The notes under the pieces are model-generated. The model saw nothing but the letters and a program-made list of their open reading frames with translations. It had not been told where the DNA came from and made no database searches. 64,000 nucleotides of DNA. It comes from Longimicrobiales bacterium (GTDB lineage: Bacteria; Gemmatimonadota; Gemmatimonadetes; Longimicrobiales; Gaopeijiaceae). Below are positions 56,816 to 64,000 of this stretch, piece by piece. The stretch is taken from assembly GCA_041690395.1 (NCBI GenBank), contig JAWLHJ010000006.1:38530-102529 (forward strand), read 5' to 3'. The position numbers and the translations under genes were made by a program. Within the stretch, counting starts at the first letter, position 1, and the number at the start of each line of letters is the position of its first letter.

Positions 56816-57832
56816 TCAGCCGAGCGCCCGCAGCAGGGCGTCGGCGTAGTCGTTCGTTCCGGCCGTGCCGCCCATGTCGCGGGTCCGGCTCGCCGGGTCC
56901 CCCCTCACGACGGTGTCCACCGCGTTCCGGATCCGGTCGGCGGTATCCCCGTCACCGAGGTGGTCGAGCATGAGGCAGGCCGAGAGCAGGAGCCCGGTCG
57001 GGTTCGCGACTCCCTGCCCGGCGATGTCCGGCGCGGTGCCGTGCACGGCCTCGAACATGGCCGTGTCCTTGCCGATGTTGCCCGCCGGAGCGAAGCCGAG
57101 CCCGCCGACGAGCCCCGCCATGAGGTCCGACAGGATGTCGCCGAACATGTTCTCCATGACGAGCACGTCGAACTGATACGGGTCGAGCACGAGCTGCATC
57201 GCGGTGGCATCGATGATCTTGTCCTCCCACTCGATCTCGGGGTAGTCCTTCGCGACCTCGGCCGCCACCTCGAGGAAGAGCCCCTGCGTGTACTTCAGGA
57301 TGTTCGCCTTGTGGGCGAGGGTCACCTTTTTCCGACCGTGCTGCCGCGCGTAGTCGAAGGCGTAGCGCGAGATCCGCTCCGCGCCGAAACGCGTGATGAT
57401 CATGACGGATTCGGCCGCCGCCCGGCTGTCGCCGTGCATTCCGATGTAGTGCTCCACCCCGACGTAGAGGCCTTCCGTGTTCTCACGGATCAGCACGAGA
57501 TCGATGTCCTCGTACCGGCCGCCCGGGACGATAGTCCGGACCGGACGCACGTTCGCGTACAGATCGAACTCCTTCCGGAGCTGGACGTTGATCGAGCGGA
57601 AGCCCCGTCCGGAAGGGGTCATCAATGGCCCCTTGAGCAGGACGTGGTTCCGCGCGACCGAGTCGAGCGTCTCCTGAGGGAGCGGATCCTTGACCTGCTC
57701 GAGCGCGGTCACGCCGGCGAGCTGCATGTCGAAGTCGAGGTCGGCGCCGGCCCCCCGGAGAACGCGCAGGGTGGCGTCTGTGACTTCGGGTCCGATCCCG
57801 TCTCCGGGGACGACTGTGATTGTCTTGGCCAT
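56816..57832 (-). CDS. Isocitrate/isopropylmalate dehydrogenase family (NAD-IDH-like)
   Basis: [49 protein letters not shown]. Confidence 0.92.
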   Translation of the reverse strand: MAKTITVVPGDGIGPEVTDATLRVLRGAGADLDFDMQLAGVTALEQVKDPLPQETLDSVARNHVLLKGPLMTPSGRGFRSINVQLRKEFDLYANVRPVRTIVPGGRYEDIDLVLIRENTEGLYVGVEHYIGMHGDSRAAAESVMIITRFGAERISRYAFDYARQHGRKKVTLAHKANILKYTQGLFLEVAAEVAKDYPEIEWEDKIIDATAMQLVLDPYQFDVLVMENMFGDILSDLMAGLVGGLGFAPAGNIGKDTAMFEAVHGTAPDIAGQGVANPTGLLLSACLMLDHLGDGDTADRIRNAVDTVVRGDPASRTRDMGGTAGTNDYADALLRALG

Positions 57833-57889
57833 GGTTGATCTGTTGGGTGATGCCGGGGCCTGTGCCCAGCGGGGGTGGAGTCGTGTTCG

Positions 57890-58510
57890 TCAGCTTTGGG
57901 TGTACCAGAGCAGAGTCCGGGAGACTTCGTCGGCGGCGGAGGCCAGGAGTCTGGGATCGTCGATCGGGTGGGGCTCACCTTCGAGGATGGCGAACCAGGC
58001 CACGTGCCCCGAGCGGACATCGACGAGCGCCATGGTGAGGCGGACCCTCGGCGACGCATCGTCGGGATCCCTCACCAGCTCGGCACGCACGGGGAGCAGA
58101 GCCGCCTCTCCGCCGACCAGCGTCGAAGCCCGGTAGATCTCCCCGAAGAGGGGATCGCCGATACGGAGTACCTCGGCCGTGAGGAACTGGCCGACCGCGA
58201 GACCGCGCGTGCGTGCCTGGAGGCTCGGCGACCGCTCCAGCGCATGCTCGAGCTGCTCCGGCGGGATCCACGTGACGTCGCTCGCGCGAGTCCGAAGGTG
58301 GAAGAGCAGCTCGTCGTCCATCGCGCCCGGGACGCCCATCAGCTGCTGCGTCGGATAGAGCATCACGGTCCGTCCGCGCAGATCGGGAGGCACGCCGCGT
58401 GACGTACCCGGCTCCGGGGGCGGCGCGGTGCGCGAGCCGCACGCCGCGACGCTCAGCGCCAGCACCGTCGCGAGCGCGACCCCACCGATTCCATGCCTCC
58501 TTATCTTCAA
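57890..58510 (-). CDS. Hypothetical lipoprotein
   Basis: Lipobox VAAC; start uncertain (TTG 58510). Confidence 0.65.
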   Translation of the reverse strand: MKIRRHGIGGVALATVLALSVAACGSRTAPPPEPGTSRGVPPDLRGRTVMLYPTQQLMGVPGAMDDELLFHLRTRASDVTWIPPEQLEHALERSPSLQARTRGLAVGQFLTAEVLRIGDPLFGEIYRASTLVGGEAALLPVRAELVRDPDDASPRVRLTMALVDVRSGHVAWFAILEGEPHPIDDPRLLASAADEVSRTLLWYTQS

Positions 58511-58751
58511 CCGCTTCTCCGATGGACGACCCGTCACCCGGCCGTACGGCCCCGAACCCTCGCGGTCCGGAGCAGGAAAGGTAGACGCGCCCCCCCGCCT
58601 GTTGAACCTCCCTGGCGCGACGGCCACACCCGGCGCCCGACCTACCGAGCCGGCACCGCCATTGACACGGAGCGGCGGCGGTGCCCCATTGGCCGGTCCT
58701 TCGCCCGGTCACGAGCATCCGGGCCGAACCAAAGCGTGGAGTAACCGCACG

Positions 58752-59132
58752 ATGAGCGAGAGTCCCGTCCGTCATGAGAAGTGGAGCGAGATCCGTCACG
58801 AGAAGGTCACCGAAACGATCTCCCGACGCCTGTTCACCGGCGAGCGCATGATGCTGGCGCACGTCTACCTCGACAAGGGCGCCATCGTGCCCACCCACAG
58901 CCACGAGAACGAGCAGCTCACCTGGATCCTGGAGGGTGCCCTCCGCTTCTGGATCGGCGAGGAGGGCTCGGACGACGTGAAGGAGCTCGTGGTCTCGGCC
59001 GGCGAGGTGCTCTACATCCCGTCGAACGTGCCGCACAAGGCCGAGGCGCTCGAGGACACCTTCGACGTCGACGTGTTCAGCCCACCCCGCCAGGATTGGC
59101 TGGACGGGACCGACACGTACTTCAAGAAGTAG
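58752..59132 (+). CDS. Cupin-domain protein
   Basis: HSHENEQ, IPSNVPH, DVFSPPRQDW. Confidence 0.9.
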   Translation: MSESPVRHEKWSEIRHEKVTETISRRLFTGERMMLAHVYLDKGAIVPTHSHENEQLTWILEGALRFWIGEEGSDDVKELVVSAGEVLYIPSNVPHKAEALEDTFDVDVFSPPRQDWLDGTDTYFKK

Positions 59133-59141
59133 GGGCGGGCC

Positions 59142-59933
59142 ATGGATCTGGGTATTCGGGGCCGAGTCGCCGTCGTATGCGGGTCGAGCCAGGGGCTGGG
59201 TCGGGCCGTGGCCGAGACGCTGGCGGAGGAGGGAGCGCGCGTCGTCGTGAACTCCCGCTCGCCGGAGAAGCTGGCGGCCACCCGCAAGGCCATCGCCGAC
59301 GCGACCGGCGCCGAGGTGGAGGCGGTCGCGGCCAACCTGACCGATCCGGAAGCCGTCACGGCCCTCATCGAGGGTGCGGAGAAGGCGTTCGGGCAGGTCG
59401 ACATCCTGGTGACGAACACCGGCGGCCCGCCGTCCGGCCCGTTCGAGTCGCACACGGCGGAGGTGTGGCGCGAGGCCATCGAACGGAACTTCGAGAGCGT
59501 CGTGAACCTCGTGCGCGCCACGCTCCCCGGCATGAAGGAGCGCCGCTGGGGCCGCATCCTGAACGTCACTTCGATCTCGGTGAAGCAGCCGGTCGCGGGA
59601 CTCATCCTCTCGAACTCCATACGGGCCGGCGTCACCGGCTTCGCGCGCACGATCGCGAACGAGGCCGCACCGTTCGGCGTGACGGTGAACAACATCCTCC
59701 CCGGATTCACGCGCACCGAGAGGTTGGTCGATCTGGCCGAGGCGATCTCGAAGCGTGAGGGTGGGAGCGTGCAGGACGCCTACGCCGGGTGGGAGTCGGA
59801 GATTCCGATGGGGCGCGTGGGTGAGCCCCACGAATTCGCGGCGCTGGCCGCGTTTCTCTGCTCCGAGAAGGCGGCGTACATCACGGGCCAGTCCGTCGCG
59901 GTCGACGGCGGCTGGATCAAGGGACTCATCTGA
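59142..59933 (+). CDS. SDR oxidoreductase
   Basis: GSSQGLG, NTGGPP, S...R, VDGG. Confidence 0.9.
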   Translation: MDLGIRGRVAVVCGSSQGLGRAVAETLAEEGARVVVNSRSPEKLAATRKAIADATGAEVEAVAANLTDPEAVTALIEGAEKAFGQVDILVTNTGGPPSGPFESHTAEVWREAIERNFESVVNLVRATLPGMKERRWGRILNVTSISVKQPVAGLILSNSIRAGVTGFARTIANEAAPFGVTVNNILPGFTRTERLVDLAEAISKREGGSVQDAYAGWESEIPMGRVGEPHEFAALAAFLCSEKAAYITGQSVAVDGGWIKGLI

Positions 59934-59979
59934 CGCCTCCGCTCCGGCGGCGTCGCGACTCAACAAGGACAGCTACGAC

Positions 59980-60912
59980 ATGGGCGCTGTGGCCTTCCAG
60001 GAAGCCGACTGGATCTGGAAAGACGGGGACTTCATTCCCTGGCGGGACGCCAACCTCCACCTCTTCTCGACCGCGGTGCAGTTCGGCACGTCCGTCTTCG
60101 AGGGGATGCGGGCGTACGAGACGGCTCGCGGGCCGGCCATCTTCCGGCTCGACGCGCACCTGCGGCGCCTGTTCGACTCGGCGAAGATCTACCGGATGAC
60201 ACCGGAGGTCACCACCGAGACCATCGCACAGGCGAGCAAGGACGTCCTGACGAAGAACGGCCTCAAGAGCGCCTACATCCGGCCCATGATCCTACGCGGG
60301 TACGGAGCGCCGGGGCTGAACCCGTTCGGGAGCCCCATCGAGGTGTACGTCGGCGCCTGGGCGTGGGGGACGTACCTGGGCGCCGACGCGCTCGAACAGG
60401 GGATCGACGTGTGCGTCTCCTCCTGGCAGCGCGCCATGCCGAACACCTACCCGCAGCGCGCGAAGGCCGGCGGACACTACGTGAACGCCCAGCTCATGAA
60501 GATGGAGGCGATCCAGAACGGATACGCCGACGCGATCGCGCTCGGGCCGGGTGGGCTGGTGAGCGAGGGGAGCGGCATGAACGTCTTCCTCGTGAGGAAC
60601 GGCGTCCTGATCTCGCCGTTCCTCGACGGAACCTCGCTCGAAGGAATCACGCGCAACGCGATCCTCACCATGGCGCGCGACCTGGGGATCGAGACGCGCG
60701 AGCAGCAGGTTCCGCGCGAGAGCCTCTACACCGCCGACGAGATCTTCTTCACCGGTACCGCCGCGGAGGTCACGCCGGTGCGGAGCGTCGACCGCATCCA
60801 GGTGGGCGCCGGCCAGGCGGGCCCGGTGACGCTGGCCCTCCAGAAGCGATTCCTGGAAACAGTCCGAGGTGAGAACGACGACCCGCACGGCTGGTTGACG
60901 TACGTCGACTGA
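59980..60912 (+). CDS. ilvE: Branched-chain amino acid aminotransferase
   Basis: FEGMRAY, AKAGGHY, EGSGMN, LEGITR, GTAAEVTP. Confidence 0.93.
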   Translation: MGAVAFQEADWIWKDGDFIPWRDANLHLFSTAVQFGTSVFEGMRAYETARGPAIFRLDAHLRRLFDSAKIYRMTPEVTTETIAQASKDVLTKNGLKSAYIRPMILRGYGAPGLNPFGSPIEVYVGAWAWGTYLGADALEQGIDVCVSSWQRAMPNTYPQRAKAGGHYVNAQLMKMEAIQNGYADAIALGPGGLVSEGSGMNVFLVRNGVLISPFLDGTSLEGITRNAILTMARDLGIETREQQVPRESLYTADEIFFTGTAAEVTPVRSVDRIQVGAGQAGPVTLALQKRFLETVRGENDDPHGWLTYVD

Positions 60913-60967
60913 TCTCGACGGGCGGCGGGGCACCATCCCGCCACGGGCCCGGACCGCGCGGAAGCGC

Positions 60968-61001
60968 GAAGGGGCGGGGCGCTCGAGCGCCCCGCCCCTT
61001 C
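60968..61001. terminator. Perfect palindrome between convergent ilvE and ccmH-like genes
   Basis: GAAGGGGCGGGGCGCTCGAGCGCCCCGCCCCTTC. Confidence 0.7.
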
Positions 61002-61028
61002 TTCGTGACCCGATGTCTCGCCGCGGTC

Positions 61029-61625
61029 CTACCAGTCGGGCGACTCCTCGTCCTCGAGCTTCCGGAGCGCCGCGCGGAGGCGTGCCTCGTCGTGCTCGTC
61101 GACCTGGGTGACGCCCGCGTAACGCTCGCGACCGTTCGAACCGTTCCGGATGAGGAGGCCGACGAGCATGCCGATCGTCAGGATGCCGGCCGCCGGAAGG
61201 AAATACCCCACCAGGTTGAAGCCCTCACGGGGCGGCGCCATCAGCACCCGCCCGCCGAAATCGGCCACGAAGCTCGCCTGGATGGCCTCGACGCTCTCGC
61301 CCCGCTCGAGCGCTTCACGAATCCGGATGGACCACACCGGCGACGTGCCGCATTGCATCTGGAACTGGCAGGAATGCACGTCCAGGCCGCACCCGCAGTC
61401 GCACTTGAGGGCGGTCTCGAGGATCATCAGCTTCTCGCCGATCTCACCCTCGTGATAGTGGCCGCCGACCGGGGCGTTGGGGTCGAAGCCCTGGTGCGCG
61501 GGGCCGGTGGACTGCCCGGCCGCCGGGAGGGCGGAGATCGAGAGCGCGAGCAGCGCGGTGGTGAGCGTTCTGGCCTGCATGGCGTGCTCCGTGGTGAGCA
61601 TCGGGTGGTACTCGGGTGTCTTCAT
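61029..61625 (-). CDS. CcmH/NrfF-like cytochrome c maturation protein
   Basis: LKCDCGC..., FVADFGGRVLMAPP.EGFN + TM; start uncertain. Confidence 0.75.
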   Translation of the reverse strand: MKTPEYHPMLTTEHAMQARTLTTALLALSISALPAAGQSTGPAHQGFDPNAPVGGHYHEGEIGEKLMILETALKCDCGCGLDVHSCQFQMQCGTSPVWSIRIREALERGESVEAIQASFVADFGGRVLMAPPREGFNLVGYFLPAAGILTIGMLVGLLIRNGSNGRERYAGVTQVDEHDEARLRAALRKLEDEESPDW

Positions 61626-61750
61626 GGCTACGAGGTAAGATAACCAGCACCGGCGTGTACGTTCCGATTGCCTCGGCGGCCGGCTCGGGTTACTTCATTG
61701 CCTCCCGAATGCTCAACCGAACCGTTACGGACACTAGACTGGGACGCGAC

Positions 61751-62893
61751 ATGACGATCAAGCGACGCGACTTCCTGAAGAAGGCCGGGGCCGGCGCCGC
61801 CGGCGTGGCAGCGCTGGGCGCCTGCGGTGGCGGCGAGACCGGCGCCGTAGCCAGTGGCGAGGCCGTCCAGGGGCCACAGGTCAACTGGCGGCTGGCGACC
61901 AGCTTCCCGCCCAGCCTGGACATCCTCCACGGCGCGGGCGTCCGGATCGCGGAGCGGATCTCCGAGCTGACCGGTGGGAACTTCACGATCCGCGTGTACG
62001 CGGCCGGTGAGGTCGTCCCGGCGCTCCAGGTCATGGACGCGGTCATGCAGGGCACGGTCCAGTGCGGCGTCTCCCCGGGGTACTACTACACGGGCAAGAA
62101 CCCCGCGCTCGCGTTCGACACCGCGATCCCGTTCGGACTGACCTCCGAGCAGCAGTACTCCTGGCTCATGGCCGGGGGCGGGCTCGAGCTGCTCAACGAG
62201 ATCTACGCCCAGTTCGGCGTGATCATGTTCCCGGCCAACTCCACCGGCGGGCAGATGGGGGGTTGGTTCCGCGAGCCCGTGAACAGCCTCTCCGAGCTCA
62301 ACGGCCTCCGCTTCCGGATCCCCGGCATCGGCGGCGAGATCATGTCGCGCCTCGGCGCCACCGTGCAGGTGCTCGGCGCGTCCGAGATCTATCCGGCCCT
62401 CGAGCGCGGCGCCATCGACGCGACGGAGTGGGTCGGCCCGTACGACGACGAGAAGCTGGGCTTCTACCAGGTGGCCAAGAACTACTACTACCCCGGTTGG
62501 TGGGAGGGCGGCGTCACCATGGGGCTGCTCATCAGCCAGCGCCACTACGACGAGCTGCCGCCGCACTATCAGCACATCCTGCGCGCCGTATGCGCCGAGA
62601 CCTACGCCGACCGGCTGGCGCGATACGGGCACGCGAACCCGCTGGCGCTGCAGCGCCTCGTCACCGAGCACGGCGTGACACTCCGGCAGTTCCCGCAGGA
62701 GATCATGGACGCGGGCTGGGATGCCTCGAACGACTATCTCGAGGAGCAGGCCGCGGCGAGCGAGTCCTTCCGACGTGTCTACGACTCGTACCGCGCGTTC
62801 CGGGAGCTCGCCTTCCAGTACGGCGCGGGGAACCAGCTCACCTACGAGCAGAACACGTTCACCCGCATCGGCAGCCCGCAGATGACCGGCTGA
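61751..62893 (+). CDS. dctP: TRAP transporter substrate-binding protein (TakP-like), Tat-exported
   Basis: KRRDFLK; QMGGWF, ALERGAIDATEWVGPYDD, YYPGWWE. Confidence 0.92.
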   Translation: MTIKRRDFLKKAGAGAAGVAALGACGGGETGAVASGEAVQGPQVNWRLATSFPPSLDILHGAGVRIAERISELTGGNFTIRVYAAGEVVPALQVMDAVMQGTVQCGVSPGYYYTGKNPALAFDTAIPFGLTSEQQYSWLMAGGGLELLNEIYAQFGVIMFPANSTGGQMGGWFREPVNSLSELNGLRFRIPGIGGEIMSRLGATVQVLGASEIYPALERGAIDATEWVGPYDDEKLGFYQVAKNYYYPGWWEGGVTMGLLISQRHYDELPPHYQHILRAVCAETYADRLARYGHANPLALQRLVTEHGVTLRQFPQEIMDAGWDASNDYLEEQAAASESFRRVYDSYRAFRELAFQYGAGNQLTYEQNTFTRIGSPQMTG

Positions 62894-62919
62894 CGCTCGT
62901 CGTCGAGCAGGTGGGCGAG

Positions 62920-62952
62920 CGGCCCCTCGGATCTCCGCGATCCGAGGGGCCG
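62920..62952 (+). terminator. Intrinsic terminator after dctP
   Basis: CGGCCCCTCGGATC-TCCGC-GATCCGAGGGGCCG then TTT. Confidence 0.75.
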
Positions 62953-63016
62953 TTTCCGTTCTCCGCGCGGTCGCGGTCCGCTCGCCCCGAAGCCAGGTTC
63001 GGGCCGACCCCGCCCG

Positions 63017-63640
63017 TCAGGGTGAGTCGATCTCGAGCGCCCTGTAGCAGTACCACGCCGCCGCGCTCCGCCAGGGACGCAGGCGCTCGCCGAGCGGCTC
63101 GAGCTCGCGCGCGGTCGGCGGGTCCTCGAGTCCGTGGATGCGGGCGTACCCCTGCCGCACCCCCAGATCGCCGGTCGGCCAGACATCCGCCCGCCGGAGC
63201 CTGAAGATCAGGAACATCTGCGCGGTCCAGACGCCGATCCCCCGCACGAGCGTCAGCCGCTCGACGACCTCGTCGTCGGGTAGCCGATCCAGGTCGTCGA
63301 GCCGAACGTCGCCGACCGACACCTTCGTCGCCAGATCCCGGATCGCGGCGAGCTTGGCCGCCGACAGCCCCGCGCCACGGAGGTCGGACTCCGACGCCTC
63401 GAGAACCGTCTCGGGGCGCACCTCGCCTTCGAGCGCATCGACCACGCGACCGTGGATCGTGGCGGCCGCCGCGCCGGCCAGCTGCTGGTAGCAGATGGCC
63501 CGGGTCAGGTAGGCGAAAGGAGGATCGTCCCGGCGAGGGACACGGACCGCGCCGATCCGCTCGACCCACGGCCCGAACCTCGGGTCACGCGAGAGCGCGT
63601 CGGCCGCGAGGCGGGGGCGCAGCAGGGCGGGACGGGCCAT
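63017..63640 (-). CDS. alkA: DNA-3-methyladenine glycosylase II family
   Basis: ICYQQL, HhH LVRGIGVWTA, DVWPTGDLG, PWRS. Confidence 0.88.
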   Translation of the reverse strand: MARPALLRPRLAADALSRDPRFGPWVERIGAVRVPRRDDPPFAYLTRAICYQQLAGAAAATIHGRVVDALEGEVRPETVLEASESDLRGAGLSAAKLAAIRDLATKVSVGDVRLDDLDRLPDDEVVERLTLVRGIGVWTAQMFLIFRLRRADVWPTGDLGVRQGYARIHGLEDPPTARELEPLGERLRPWRSAAAWYCYRALEIDSP

Positions 63641-63714
63641 GACCCGTCAGGACGGAGACGACGGCCGGGCAGGAGGCGCGCAGCACCCCCACCCGGCCGG
63701 CCTCCGCAGCAGGG

Positions 63715-64000
63715 TCACGGCGTCGGCAGCGCGATGTAGCCGAGGAACGCCAGCACGACGACCTGGATGGCGATGAACGGGATCGCGCCCTTGTAGATGG
63801 ACGTCGTCTCGATCTCCCTGGGTGTCACGCCACGCAGGTAGAACAGACTGAATCCGAACGGAGGCGTCAGGAACGATGTCTGCAGGTTGACCGCCAGCAG
63901 GATGCCGAGAGCCGTCAGGTCCACGCCCAGCACGATGGCCGGCGGCACGATGAGCGGCACGATGATGAAGGCGATCTCGAAGAAGTCGATGAAGAACCCG
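63715..64000 (-). CDS. dctM: TRAP large permease, 3' end only
   Basis: FIDFFEIAFIIVP...NLQTSFLTPPFGFSLFYLRG. Confidence 0.88.
   Translation of the reverse strand, partial: GFFIDFFEIAFIIVPLIVPPAIVLGVDLTALGILLAVNLQTSFLTPPFGFSLFYLRGVTPREIETTSIYKGAIPFIAIQVVVLAFLGYIALPTP

Overview
High-GC bacterial chromosome; gene content suggests Gemmatimonadota (inference). Positions 1-~16.9 kb are the right-hand part of an integrative, satellite/IME-like element inserted at the 3' end of tRNA-Arg(CCG). Its backbone is an integrase, excisionase-like HTH, SF3-like ATPase, a second short Tyr recombinase and an acidic phage-type protein. Its defence-like cargo is a GmrSD-type nuclease, a DarT-like ART, a Schlafen/AlbA-ATPase, a C-protein with C-boxes, a trypsin-like protease, a HEPN protein whose N-terminus resembles a phage tail-assembly chaperone, and a DUF6978/DUF1828-1829/ParB-like triplet. 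The remainder is core genome: ECF sigma module, rnpB, ApbE plus NosR-like protein, a glycogen cluster with a double-GH57 fusion, SusC/SusD, tRNA-Lys, a five-gene porin-multiheme cytochrome operon (41 CxxCH + 4 CX4CH motifs), gcdH, IDH, ilvE, CcmH-like, TRAP genes and AlkA. The best novelty candidates are the chaperone-like/HEPN fusion with its upstream protease, and the porin-cytochrome conduit. All family calls are motif recognition by eye; no searches were run.
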